The notes beneath the pieces were generated by a model. The model did no database searches, was not told the DNA's origin, and worked only from the letters and a program-made list of their open reading frames with translations. Source: Amoebophrya sp. A120 (taxonomy: Eukaryota; Protista; Dinoflagellata). From it: a stretch of DNA of 64,000 nt. The stretch lies in contig CAJINV010000003.1 of assembly GCA_905178155.1 (NCBI GenBank), positions 4,375,863 to 4,439,862 on the forward strand. Direction: 5' to 3'. Positions 1 through 13,484 of this stretch are shown one piece after another. Each line of letters opens with the position of its first letter. Position 1 is the stretch's first letter. The translations under genes and the position numbers were made by a program.

Positions 1-600
1 ACCAAAAAAGCCCGGCGAAGTCGAGCTTGATCCGGAGTAAAGCAAAACACGGACTTTTTGAGCGCCAAAACAGCGCCGACTCCCGGGCGGGTGGCCACCC
101 GTTGCCCGACACCAAAAAAGCCCGCCGAAAAAAAAACCGCCGAAGCCGACCCGAAGGACAGCTACCTGGGGCCCCGCTTCAAAAAAGCGTTCTCGCGCTG
201 GGCTACCCAAAAGAAAGTCCAGAAGCTTAAGTTTTATTTTTTTCGCTTCGCAAAATCCGCGAATTTTCAAAATTTCAATTTTATTTGCCCGAGAAGCAAC
301 GTTCTCCGCAATACGACATAAATTGTTCTTTCGGAGGGACCGAACAAGGCCCGATCCCGCAGTCAATTTGTTTCTGAACGCCAAAACGGCGCGCCGAACC
401 TCGAGGGACGGCCACCGGATGCCCCGCTCCAGAAAAGCCTCCCCACGGCGGGCCGGAGCAAGACCCGATCCTGCAGTCAATTTTTGAAACTCAGAACGGC
501 ACGAAACCCGTGGGACGGATACCCGATGCCATCGGCCGAAAAAGCCCTTCGCCGGCGGGTCCGAGCAGGACCCCATTCTGGACCCCATTTCTGAACGATA
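1..600. repeat. Degenerate ~110-115 bp tandem repeat
   Basis: CAAG(G/A)CCCGATCC(C/T)GCAGTCAATTT at 345 and 459; GGCCACC.G.TGCCC...AAAAGCC-like blocks near 93, 410 and 518; no credible ORF. Confidence 0.65.
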
Positions 601-866
601 GCGCTTTGATTGTCGAGACCCGCCAGTGCAGCTGGTCCACACTAAGTCTGCCGTTGTCCTTCATCCTTTTGGGATGTTCGTTGCGAAATAGAAATCAAAT
701 CGATCCTGTGCCATAACTAAACAGGTCCACATGCCGTTCGAGGAACTGGCCGTCATCTGTAGGTCAGGTTGTAGTGAAGGTATGTCGATGCTGATAAGTA
801 CGTAAAATCTGCAATCTCACGCATCAGGAGAATGCAGGGAAAAGAAGAACTGCATCCCATGCCCTT

Positions 867-3800
867 CTACACCATGCGGCGCAACTGTTCCAGGAGATAG
901 AGTTTTTTGCGCTCGAGTTTTCTCGTTTCCTGGTAGGAATTGAGGATGTAGGTCTGGAGCTCCGTGGCGTAGTCGTGCAGTATTCGGTTTTGCTCGCGGC
1001 AGAGCACTTTCCTCAGGTGCGCCTCCTCCAGCACCTGTGAGTAGTACTCGGCGCGGGCCTTTTGCTCGAAAAACGTGAGCACTAGTTCCCCGCCCTCGTA
1101 GAGCGGCTTCCGCAGCTTTTCCAGCACGCGCTGCCCCACCTTCTCCGTCGTGGGAAGCTTCGCGTCTTTGGTGAACAGCGTGTTCACGAAGTGCGCGTCT
1201 ACCTCCTCGAGTTGCGACAGCACCGCGTCCAGCCACAACTCCTCGCCGTACACCACGTGCCCGGCCAGAAAGGTAGCCATCTCCTGCAGGTCCGCGAAGT
1301 CCTCCACCTGAAACGTGTGGCTGGCGTAGTTCTCGTCGCTGGTGAACAGGCGCGCGCCCTTGCGCGTGAACATCACGTCCGTGAGCGTGTTCTTGAGGCA
1401 GCGGAGGTAGAACTCCTGTTGCTTCTCGAACGTGAGCGGCGGCGCGCCGTCCACCTGGTCGCGCTTCTGCCGCATCGCCTTCAGCTGCGTCAACTGCTGC
1501 GTGACGTGCGCGATCTCCGGGCCGGCCGAAAACTCCGGCGTCAAACTGAGGTACCCCGGGGTCTGCGGGGGACACGCGTAGGCGATGTCCGCTTCGTGCT
1601 CGAACTTCTGCGTAACGTCCACCACGTCGCGGTCCACCTCGGCCAGCCCGCCGTTGTGCATCCAGAATTCCGGGTTGGCACTGGACAAATTCAGCTCCTC
1701 CTGCTCCTTGTCGAAGAGGTTTTTGCTGTCGCTGTTGTCGCTGCTGAAGAAGGCGAACAGGTTCTTGAGGCAGTTGAGCGTGCGCGCGATGAACAGGGTG
1801 GTCTGCGGATCGCCCTCCTCCTCGATCACCGACATGGCCTTCTTCCGGTGCTCCCGGGCCTCCTTCTGCCGCTTCTTGCGGAGCTGCCGTGCGGCCTCGT
1901 CAGCGTCGTAGACCCCCACCAGCGCGTGGGCCTGCCGCACGGTGACGTTGGAGACGCAGTGGCTGTAGGTGGACATCATCGTGGCGAGGTAGATTTGGAT
2001 CAGGAGAAAGTAGAAAAACAGCATGAAGAGGAAAAACATCACGCTGGCCAGCACGTCGCCCTTTTGCTTCATCTCCTGCAGGATCCGCTCGAAGTCGCCG
2101 AGCAGAAACCGGAACATGGTGTCCACGGCCCGCACCGGCGACCCCAGGTCCGGGATCACCGCCCCAAACTCGACGTGAAACAGCAGCGCAAACCCGATCA
2201 GCTGCAGGGTCATCACGACGGTGAAAACCAGAATGAGCGAGAGCGCGCGGGCCAGCGTGGTGGCGATGATGTAGAAAACCTTCCACCCGAGCACGAACTT
2301 GACCACCTTCAGCGTGAGGAACAGACTGTTGATGCTGGCGAAAATCAAAATTGTGCCGTACAGGTCGCGCAGCGTCTCGAACTGCAGAAAGATGTACGCG
2401 TCCTCCTCGAAAAGCCGCGTCTCGCTGCTCTCCGCGGAAATGCCGTAGGACTTCACCTCGCTGTTGGGCAGCTCCCAGCGGAAGTGCCGCGTGGCCGAGA
2501 TCATGAAGTTGGTGCGGAAGGCCTGGGCGAGGTAGAGCGCGAAGTAGAGCAAGATGATCAGCGAGCTCAGCGTCGAAGCGGTCTCCAACAGGTTGAATCC
2601 GGACTTCGAGTAGTGGTCCATCAGAAACTGCCACATGTGCGGTTTGTCCACGCCGAACGGGTTTTCGTTGTACGCGGCGAAGGTTTCGCGGTGCTGCCGC
2701 CGCAGCTTGTTCACCTCCTGGTAGGTGTAGATGAGAACGCACAAAAAGTACAGGATACTTAGCACTAAAATCGTGGTCCGCTCGCCGCTGTAGTAGTTGC
2801 CGTCGGAGAAAATCGCGAACGGCAAGGGCACCGAGGACGCGGACTTGAGCAAAAACCCGGTTTCACTCTGACTGAAAGCGACGGAGTTGTAGGTGTAGAG
2901 GTCTGTGTTGCTGTTCTGCGTCACGTAGTCGAACACCATGCTGGTGACCTCCAACTCGGAAAAAAGCAGGTCGGTCTTCAGATTTTCGAGCCGCTGCAGG
3001 GCGGTGGTCTGGTTCTTCATCAAGTAGACCTGGTAGCCCCCGGTTCTTGCGAAGGTACCCAGCTCCGCGGGGTCGTAAAACGTGTAGCTGGTCCCGGAGC
3101 TGCCGACGAAGGTCGGGCGGCTCCGGTCGTTTCCTGTGGGATCCTGGCAGGATTCCAAGGAGCAGCTGCTGACCGTGCAGTCCGTGTACTGGTCACTGAC
3201 GCGCAAAGACGGGTAGCCGTCCTTCCATTTTGTGTCCGGGTTGGTCTCGTAGCAGGCCTGCTGAATCGTGATCCGAACGAACGTCTTGTACTGAAACCCG
3301 CTGTTCCAACCGGCAACGCGATTCACGGTGGTTTCCTCCTCGGCGCAACTGGTGGAACCGTCCTCAAGCAACGTCACCGTCGTGCCGTCCTGCGAAAGGG
3401 ATCGATGTTGAGTAGTTCGAAAACTTGCATTGCTATGAGAAAGAAGTCCTGAAAATCCTACGAGACCAACACACGACTTGTCAGGATCTTCATCTAATAT
3501 GGCGTCTTTTTGCTCGTCCGTATGTTTCATTCTGCTTGTATCTTTCTTGAAAAGTATCTCTCAGTACCGTGCTCACGCAGGCTGGAGCGGCGTACAGATT
3601 GGAGACTAAGGCAGACTTCGACCAGACGAATACGTCTTGCATCGACTTGATGCCATCGTAATTCACCGAGCGTAGCGGGTCAAGATCGATCCACACAGGA
3701 CTGCGAGTCTGGTCCCCCAGATTGGCTTGCGACATTGCGAGGGACTCCGGGCCACGAATCTGCAGGGACATCAGTGCAACGAATAGGAAGACGAACAGCA

Positions 3801-6564
3801 GGAGGTTGAGCAGGGACAGCAGCCCCCCGCTCTCCTGCTCCGTGTTCTTGTCAGGCGCAGTAGCCCCGTCCGCGGCACCGTCGCCTGCACCGCCCGTGCC
3901 CGCCGCGACGTCTCCGCCTTTCGACGTGCGACCCAGAGGCGACTTCGGTTGCAAGTACTCTGCTAGCGCGGTACTCTCTATGTATGCGTTGAAAACCTGT
4001 TTCTTGCGCGCCACGGTTTCTCGACTTTTCTGCGCAAGCGCCTTCGACTTAGACACAACCAAGGCGCCCAGGCGCTTGTGTATCGCCGGTTTGGGCGGAT
4101 CCATCAGGCGGTTGCCGGACAGCGACCGACGTGCGTTGATGACTGCCGAACTGGTTCCCGTATCCGTTAGCGCCGGGACCGTGCTACCGCTCTGCAACGC
4201 GGGCAGCGCCGGCGCGCCGCCAGGCTCCCCCTCGCCCTCCTTCTTCCCCCCGCCGCCCTCCTCGCCCGTCCCGGGCGCCGTCTCGCCCGTCCCGGCCGCA
4301 GCGGCCGCGTCCTCCTCCCCCTGCGCCTTCATCGCCAGCGTGAGCGGATCGTCGTCCCTCGGACCGAAAATGGCCACCCGCGCCGCGCGTAGACCGTCCG
4401 ACAACGGAATCAAAACGTTTTGCACCGTCTGCCGCTTCACGTAGTCCATGGCGTCGGCCACGGCGTTCGTGGTGGTGCCCGCCGCAATGCGGCGCTCCAG
4501 TTCGAACTTCTCAATGTCGTAGCTCCCGAGCAGAATGGACAAAAACACGTTCATCAGCGTGAAGATCATCACCAGGTAAAACATGAAGACGTAGATCGGG
4601 CCGATGGCCGGGTCCGCGGAAGTGAAATCGTCGAAGCGGATGGCGGATCCCCCGCAACACAGGGCGAACAGGTAGATCAGCGCGTCCGAGAGGCTTGACA
4701 GCAGGAGGACGTGCTGCCCGAACAAAAAGTACCCGAGGAGCACGAAACCACCAAAAATGATGAAGTACATCCCGGTGAAGTAAACGAGGTAAGGGAAGGC
4801 GCGCCCCAACACGTTGCTGATCAGGGCGAGGTAGGGAGACAAATCACTAACCAGCACGACGGCCTTCCCAAACACCACGGTCAGGTTGATGGCGGTCACG
4901 GTCTGCACGGCGTAGGCGAAGGCCAGGTACTCCTCCATCAGCTTGAAATCCTCCCGCGCGGCCTTCTCCTCGTCGGCGGTGTACAGCTCGGCGTATGTTG
5001 GCGCGGACAGCACCGATTTTGTGGAGAACAGGTAGGTGAAGCTGGGGGCAGAGCCCGTGCGCACCAGCTGCAAGGCGACCACGATCCAAGACAACAGCAG
5101 TCCGACGTTGTTCACGTACGTGCTGGCCTTCGCGAAGTAGATCTCGATGCCGATGAACTGCGCCTTCTTGATTTCCAGAATCACGAACAGCACCAATAAA
5201 ATGTACACCACGACTTCGGTCACCACCCGCATCGTCACGCCCGGGACCGCGTTGTTGTAGTTGTCCAGGGAAACGTACTTAAAAATGTCCTTTCGGGTCG
5301 CGAGCCCGCTGAAGGGAACGGAGAAGGAGTAGCCCAGCAGCAAAAACTGGCGCCGGTTCCCGTTAAAAACCAGGAAGTCCACGGTGAAAGACGCCTGCTG
5401 GAGGTCGAACCACCCGTCCTCGTACAGCTCCTCGATTCTGCGCCGGAGCTCGTGCTCGGACAGCGTGCTGGGGTCCAGCGTCACGACGTAGCCGCCACTC
5501 TGCGCGTGGCCGTCGCCGTTTTCGTACGTGTACACTTTTCCCGACTTTGGGCCGACGAAGGAGCCCTGGTTCTCGCGCGCACCGTTGTCCGCGTTCGCCT
5601 GCACTGGACTTGTGCGGCCGGCGAAAAGCCAGGGGAAAACGTCTTTGAACAAGTGGTTTGTGCTGCGTTCGAACTTATGCCGCTTCAGCGTGAAGCGGAG
5701 CAGGAGAATCTCGTTGTACCCGGCCAGCCGCACGGGCGTGCGGGTCACATTGTAGGCACTTGTTGTTCCAACTGCGCTAGTTAAACTTGCGGCCGCCTCA
5801 GCGGCAGCAGCCGCCTGGGCGGGCGGCGGGTAGAAGAAGCCGCTGCAGCACTTCGACTGCTTCGCGATGAACCCGGGGCACGTGACGTTCGCCGGAAAAA
5901 CGTCGTAGCCCGCGTACGCGCTCGACGAGGCGGGAGCGTAGCCGTCCAGGTACTCAATCACGGCGTTGTCCGCGCGGGGATCGGGGCACTCCGCCGTCTG
6001 TTTGCAGGACCGCGTCCGGCCGAGCACTGGGTGACAGACGTTGGTCACGTCGAAGTTCGACGCCCCGTTCAACTGGCACCACTTCAGCAGGTCCCACCGC
6101 TGCCAGGGGTTGCCGTTCACCATCAGCATGGTTTGCAGCGCCTCGGCCGTCATGTTTTGCCGGAACGAAGTGCTCCCCTGCTGGCTGTAGAAGCCCTCGC
6201 AGTACCGCGTTGGGTCGCCCGTGGTGGCGTCCGAGAAGGCGAACGCCGCCGTTGGCGTGGTCGTGTTGCATTCCGCGGCGGTGGTGGCGCGGAGGCAGAG
6301 CCCCTCGATCTCGGACGTCAAGTTGGCGGATTCGGAATAGAGCACGGGAACCAGGGTGTACCGCAGGAAGTGGTAGATGTCCGTGGAGCTGGCGATGTCA
6401 TCCAGCTTGCGCCGCGGATCCAGCGAAAACGGCGCATCTCGCAGCTTCTGGTTCACGCTGCTACCGATGGAAGACACAATGGGAATCTGTAGTGCTTCCA
6501 AGTTCGTAAACACGAACAACAGGCTGAAGAACCCGTACAGCAGAGCGAAGGCCAGGGCGTTCAT
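867..6564 (-). CDS. Polycystin-2 (PKD2/TRPP)-like channel with two tandem channel modules, ~1840 aa
   Basis: ORFs 3490-6564 and 867-3530 join in frame through GT-AG intron 3390-3576 (PAC|DGT). Each half has a GGY motif, a DF/DY..N.N motif and an S2-S6-like hydrophobic series ending FLSILLGSY / YLATMMSTY. An AG just upstream of the ATG suggests a further 5' exon. Confidence 0.8.
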
Positions 6565-7137
6565 CCTGCCATAAAACTGATGGTGTAACGGCGCAGATTA
6601 CCGCGGACAATGCCGGAGTTCGGGCGGGAAGCGGCACGACATCTTGGATCTGATGAAACGGTGAAAAATATTGACCATGCAACCAACGACGCGGAACGTT
6701 CCTGACGCGAATCTCTTAATCACGATGCACGATAGTCGCTCAGCAGTGGCCAGAAGCTAGTCACACCAACCACACTCTCCCTGTGGCAGCTCGGTCACCT
6801 GTCGGTCATTGCTCTCGCCCAATTCACGCGCAGAAAAACCTCGGTCGCAATTTTTTCATGCGCCGCAGCACCACCCACACCCTTTTTCCAGTCTAAGCGC
6901 TGTACCCCCGAACAGTAGCTCCGGCAGCCAATGAAACTACTGTCATAGCTTCGCTGCTAGACAAAGTAGGCTCAATTAATATAAGCGTGGACGTAAATAA
7001 GCAGCTCGGCGTTGCTTGCCATCCCTTGTCAGGTCGTGAAAGGGGTCAAAGAAACTACTAATGTACGAAAAAGCTTTCATGATAACGATCGCAGGTCAGG
7101 TGTACAAATGCAGTCTCAATGCGTAGCCGCGCTACCC

Positions 7138-10100
7138 CTATTTCTTGTCATGGCCTTCCGCCTGCCCTTCTGCAGGTGTGGCCGCATCAGGGGAAGACGG
7201 ATCGCTAGACGAGGACGAATGGGAGGAGGACGACGAAGAGGAGGACAGACTTGAGGTCCGCGTGGGTCTGCGCACGACGCGTCTTCGCTTGGCACTCCCG
7301 CTGCTCGCCTGGTTCCCTCTCTTCGACGAGCTGGCTCTGGATCTTCGTTTCCTGCGCCCGCTTGTTCCTCGTCGCCTGTGATCGTTTTTACTTCGACTTG
7401 TTCGGGGCCCCTGCAGCTCTGCGACATCTTCAATATCATCCCGTGGCGCTCCGTTTTCTGCGGCGCTCGGCCGGGAAGACCTTCTACGCGCACTTTTTCT
7501 CTTGCAACTGCGACTGAGGGCCTGCTTTTGTGCATTTTCTCCAGGGTCGCTCTCGTGTAGTTCTGCGTCATCGGAGTCAGCCTCCTCCGGAGTCACCAGG
7601 GACAGGGACTGCTGTCTATGCAGCTCGCCCTTGCTGCTCTTCTTCAGCGAAGACTCTTCTTCGTCGAAATTGTCAACATCTCCTTCGCTTTCTTGTGGAT
7701 CCGCATCCTCCGCATCATTCAAAGAACCACTCCGTATTTTCTTGCGCTGGGTGTGCTTTTTCCGACTGCGCTTGTTCTGGCTCGAATCTTCGTACTTGTC
7801 ATCGTCCTCGTCTGCCGCCTGCAATGGTCGTTTCGAAGACGAACTTTTGTCAAACTTCGTCAGCGGTAGCGGCGGCGGCGGAGCGAGACCCTCGCCGCGC
7901 ACAGTACTAGCGACTGGTGGTGGCGGTCTCTTGCTCTCCGATACGACGACCAGTGGGTTTTTCCGCTCCGAGGCCTTTTTTTCTTCAAGCAGCCGCTTTC
8001 TTTCCGGATGCACAAAGTCGTCTGCCGCACTGTAGGCTTCTACTTTTTTCGCCGTGGCTTTGCTACTGCTTGCCGCGGCATAATTTCTGGTTTTGCTACT
8101 GCCAACTCGTGCAGCAACCCTCTCCGCCTGTTGCTCCTGTTCGACGTTTACTCCTGCGGCAGGAGCTCCTGCTCTCTGAACATTGTTAATATTATCGGGA
8201 CGATCTGCAAACACGTGCATCAGGTCGTCTTCTCGGAAGGGCTTCGCGGGCTTCTTCAGCCGGACGCCGCGTTGCGCCTCCTTCGTGTGGCACTTCACCA
8301 TGGTGATGGTTTCTTGCCAGATGTGGTCCAGGTCGTCGGGGGAGACGGAAGGATCTAGAAAACAAAGCAGCTCGGAAACCACGCGGTGTATCTTCGCGAT
8401 ATCGCCAGCGGTGCGCCGACGGGACGTGGAGGTCGAGGGCGGAGGCGGCGGTGCCGTCGATGGCGTATCGTGTACCACCGGTGTCGTGGTGTCCGCCTGC
8501 TGTCCGTACTTCTTCGACTGGTTCTGGTTATTTTCCACCGTGCTACTCCGCTGCTGTTGCAGGTCCGAAGAACCCGAGGGCTGTGAGGCTATGCATGTGA
8601 CATAGTGACACTTGTCTTCAACGAGTTGCCATGCTCAATTTTGTAATGAGAGTGGAACTCAATTTGGAAGATGCAATGCAGAACGAAGTGCAGGGCTACT
8701 AGGAAAACAATGAGAGTCAACACCTTGCGTTTAGCTAAGTAGACCATGAACGGACGCGAGAAACAGCACAACATGCGTGGTCGCTTCTAACTATCTTCTA
8801 GTAGCAGGTGAGCGACAAATAAAACAAGTTTCGATATAGTCCTTCCATTTTCGTAAGTCCCACCATCGGAGATGAATTACTTCCGCGCGCTTCCTCCTCC
8901 TCCAGAAACTGCACAAAGTCGTCAAACCCCGTAGCGAACTCAGGTTTTTTCTGACATCGAAACACAATCGACAGAAACAGTGCCGCCAGTGCGATCTTGT
9001 GAGGCAGAAACTGCAACACAACGAAGGTGCGAAACGCGTCCGTGTAGAAGTTCCGCGCGGTAGCCCGAATTTCCGCCCAGACCTGCGGATCCAGCCAATC
9101 CTCATGAACGTGCTCGAGATCCACTCCGGCCCGCTTCGCAGCCTCGATCAGCATCAGTCTGCGGTCGAGTACGCGATGCACCAGTCTGTTGCGCAGCTCA
9201 ATCTTGCTTCTACTCTTGTGGTTCTTGTTTTGTTCCTTGCTACTGGTGCTGCTCACGGCGCTTGCAGTTTCGCGTGGCTGCAAGTCGATATTGCCTTCCG
9301 CGTCTTGGTCCAATCGAAAGTGAAGTGTGCACGGTGGAGTCAGCACAGAGTCCTCGCCCCACCGAGGTTCCACAAAGGGCGTGCGGAGCCGATGCTCTTC
9401 CCACGTCGCGCCCTCTTCCAAGATCCGCACTGCAAACGGGAGCGTAGGATACCGGCGCTCCGCATTTTCTACCTCGCGGCCGTCCTCGCAGTCTGCACCA
9501 GTAATCGCGGCTCGAGTCCTGATCTGGCTGCCTCGTTGTATGAAGTTGGAATTGGGAATTTGCAGACCTACACATATCGCAATCGATGAACTCGGAGACC
9601 CAACATTTTCAACATTTGAACCAGCGCGATGAAGATGATTGAAGCTTTCTTCTTCAGCTTCACGATTCATGTGTATGAGTCGACAAATCCATGCATAGCG
9701 TGGTCCAGCATCGCCGCACTCATGTTGCCCGCGTCCCCACCGTCTTCATCGGTGATCAGCTCAAACCGCCCGTCAACGAATAGAGCACGAAAGCGCTTCA
9801 GATACACATCCAGCATCAATCGCCCCTCCGCTGGCGGCATTTCCAGGTGAAACTTGATGGCGCGCAGCACAAAGAACTCGATCTTGTGCAACTGATCGCG
9901 TAATTCGGACACCTCCAGCTCGCTCAGCGCGCCGGCGGTACTGTTTAGGTGGTTCCAGGTCACTTTTTAAGTCTTCAAATGATCTTTTCATCTAGAAAAG
10001 TAGTAATAAATTGCACGAAGATCCACAGTGCGACGAAGCTGTACTGACAGGAACGCGTTTGTTGCAACATTTCTTCATGTGGGACGGAAAAATGGAGTCG

Positions 10101-10430
10101 CAGTTTCTGTACGACGCGTTGATTTGTTGTGCTGGGTTCCCGGAGGAGACTGCAGCAGCCTGCAGCTCGGCTTGGTAAGCCTTCACGATTTCTCGCATCT
10201 TCTTTTGGCTTTCGCCGACTTTGCAGGCGAGAAACACGCAGCCAAGCGCGGTCACTCCAAGGTCTTCTCGGTCGAACGGAATGTAAGCGTGGAAGACCTG
10301 CAGATAGAAAAACGCCGTGGACAGCAGCGCCTGCTTTCCCTGCAACTGAAGCTCCCGAAGGAACGCCTCGATGTACAGACACCCGCGGCATCGCCAGGTT
10401 CGTTCTTCGTCGAGGCCGCTCAGGACGCCT
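7138..10430 (-). CDS. Transcription-type cyclin (K/L/T family) with long Ser/Arg-rich tail, multi-exon
   Basis: Cyclin box motifs TAFFYLQVF, GCVFLACKVGE, IEFFVLRAIKF and FYTDAFRT..LQFLPHKIALAAL in successive ORFs; ORF 7138-8538 is the probable low-complexity C-terminus; splice sites not resolved. Confidence 0.65.
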
Positions 10431-12604
10431 TAATGTCAAGAAATCAGCAAATCGAAAAGGGTTGTAAAGCCTTGATCTGTAGTTTCTGTTCGCTTGTCAG
10501 ATAACAAGATGCAACTTGTCACTTTCTTCTGCAAGCGGAGGAAAAGTCAAGCGCTTCGCGAAGGAAATTCCTTTTGCATCGGTTCGAAACATGAACTAAG
10601 TCATCTTCTTCAAACTGACGAAGGCCGCAAGTTCAAATAAGATGACCGATGCGCTTCACAAGTAGGAGAATCTACGATTCATTTTGTTTTCTGGGAAGCA
10701 GATGCTTAGCACATCACTAGAGAAGTAGATCGAATGAAAGGCAAAGGGTGTGATTGCAGCAAAGAATAGGTTTGCAAACCAGACTGCACGGGGAGTATGG
10801 AAGGAAACAAAAAAAAACTACCGGCCTCAGTTTCAAAATGAAATGCATTCACCGCAAGCTAGTAAGAAGCTTCAGAGCAAGACACAGAGACGCAAGGTGG
10901 TTTGGGTGTGCGTCGTGAGTGGAGAAAGCATACCACATCAGCTTCAATTCATGCACAGCCTACGAGACCCACCAGCGCCGACAGTTTTTTTCTGATGCCT
11001 AAAGGGCGACGTCCAGTCCTTCACTTTTATCAGCGGTAGGATGTCGCGCAACGGTGAGCTCATCATTTGTCAGCATTCGCAGAAGTCCACCGACCACTAC
11101 ACACGAATCACTTGTTTTCAAACTGCTCTTCTTGTTGCTATTATTGCTCGTTTTTACAACTGTAGGAAGGGACGCCACCGGGCTAACCATCATGAGTTTC
11201 ATTGTCATGTCTTCATTGCGAGGATACAACATTCCTTTACTGTGGTGAAGACATGGAATCAGTTTATGCTTTTTGGAAAGCGATGACCAACGTCAATTTC
11301 GCGCGTGCTTCCTGTGGGGACAGGCACTCATAGCGATACAGCTGCTACCACCGTGCGGTATTTTTCGTCGAGGCATTCTACTTACTTATGCTCAAGAATT
11401 AACTCATGCGCCCTGGTTGTCAACGGATCAGAGGAATGAAGGTGAATAAACTCAAGCGCATCATTGAAATCAAAGCCACGGCAGAAAGGCACGGCTTTTA
11501 TCAATCGACAGGGGGGATCACAATATGAAGAAAGACGTCCGGTGCTGCGAGACTAAGCAGATATAGCGCACATGAAGCTCCTGGGTTCCTGGTCGTGCTT
11601 CAAACGAATTGTAGTAGCTGGTCGATGCTCGCTATTTCTACGTGATCTGAAAGCAAGATCGGATCTCTCTGGCTGACACATTTCATTCAATGCTGCGACT
11701 CCGTTTCTGGGGGCGGGTGGGGAAAAGAATCAGCAAAAAAGAAGCATTTTCTTTTGTCCGCCACAGCATATTGCAGTGCCTTCAGTACAGAAGCAGAGAC
11801 TCCAGCTGCGTCACAGCCATCACATGGATGTGCTTTTTCCGCCCAGCGAAAGGCTTCTGACCTCCAGTCGGGAAAGGCCGCACGCTGGTGGAGCGCTCGG
11901 TTTCCACAACGATAACCGCCTTATTTGCATAATTGATCCCCACTACACTCTTCTGCGAAAAACGAAAGTTGGTCTGCTCCCATCAGAGTGTTCCGCATGG
12001 CAGGTCTGTTTCCATCAGGACGGTCTCAGCGGCCGCGTAGGTGAAAAGTCAAAAGGCAGCGTCACCGACAGTGACAGAGGTTGGCTACGACAACACACAC
12101 CAGCTTAGTTGTTCGTAGCCTGTAATGTTTCTTCTGGTCGGACTCGTATCTACGTAAGAACGCGATCATTGTCATCCTATCAGCCGAGGATCATCTGCAT
12201 TGTCGTTCGCAGCTGTTTCCGTCGTTCAACGATGAGCAACAATCCCCCGCATATTAGTGCAAGAGTGCACATATGGCTGCAACCAACAAGAACAAAGTAA
12301 GCAACCAGCTCACAAACCTTGCGAAAAACAGAAGCAGTGGTCGTGCTGAAGAACAACGACGCAAGCTCTTATCGAGGATATAGGGCGCTCACAGCGCAGC
12401 TTTCCGTTAAGTAACAGGCTCGTCGCTCTTTGCTTCTCAGGCAACAGATGAGTCACATTCCCTCGGTAGGGTAATGATCTCTTACCGGTGACAAGTCGCG
12501 CAGCAAAATTTAGCGGCAGGTGTGGTTTTCTCATGCGTCAGTAGAAAAAAGTCAAACCACATCTGTGGCAGCCACCCTGTACAGATATTCGTAGTCTGCG
12601 TACT

Positions 12605-13484
12605 TTACCCACTGCAGCATCCTTGCCCGAGACCCCCGAGTGGGGTACCCCCGTTGGTTGAACCGGTGCCGTCGGCTAGCCGCAGACTACCGCCGGCACC
12701 ACTACCTCGCTGTTCTGCCTGCTCCGTCATCTTCACTGTTATTAAGTTAGTGCTCATCAGCGTGAAGGCATCCTCCACACCGCTACCAGTTTTTGCGCTG
12801 GTTTCCATAAAGGCTAATCCCAGCTGTCTAGCCTTTGCTTCGCCCTCTTCCGCAGACACTGCTTTGCTCGATGCTGGCATGTCGCTCTTGTTTGCCACCA
12901 GCACCATGCTTGTTGATGCACTGGCATACTTGCTCACTTCTTCCACCCAACTGTTGACGTTGTCTGTGATTGGTGATTCAAATTGAATGAGATTAAAAAG
13001 AGATACTAACGCCCCACTCTCGCAACCGCCCAATGCAACATTTCACGACGACAATACGATAGCTTAATCGCAAAAAAAAACTCTTCTGCGCGGCGTGCGC
13101 GATAGAGCGACCGAAGTACTTAAAGCACACATCAAACGAAACGGCATGCGTCCGGCATGAAAGACGACGACAAAGCGGAAAAGTGGTACTGAAGCTGTCT
13201 CTGTCGCCGCAATCGTAAACGATGACGATGCCATCCGCCCCGCGGTAATACGCACTCGTAATCGTTCGGAACCGCTCTTGACCGGCGGTGTCCCATATCT
13301 GCAGCTTCACCGTTTTACCGCTCACATTGATCGTCTTGAACCGAAAGTCGACTCCGATCGTGGTTATGTAGCTCTCGGTAAATTGGTCGTCCGCGAATCG
13401 AAGCAGCAAACAGCTTTTACCAACGCCGCTGTCCCCGATCAAGACGAGCTTGAAAAGGTGATCGTAGTCCCGCTTCAAGCTCAT
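12605..13484 (-). CDS. RAB1: Rab1 small GTPase, 2 exons (intron 12964-13189)
   Basis: [33 protein letters not shown]-terminal CCSG; splicing restores SFNNVNSW. Confidence 0.95.

Noticed and set aside
9560-10120. Possible non-canonical introns in the cyclin gene
   Set aside because: Frames do not join neatly with the obvious GT-AG sites, but alternatives cannot be excluded without cDNA
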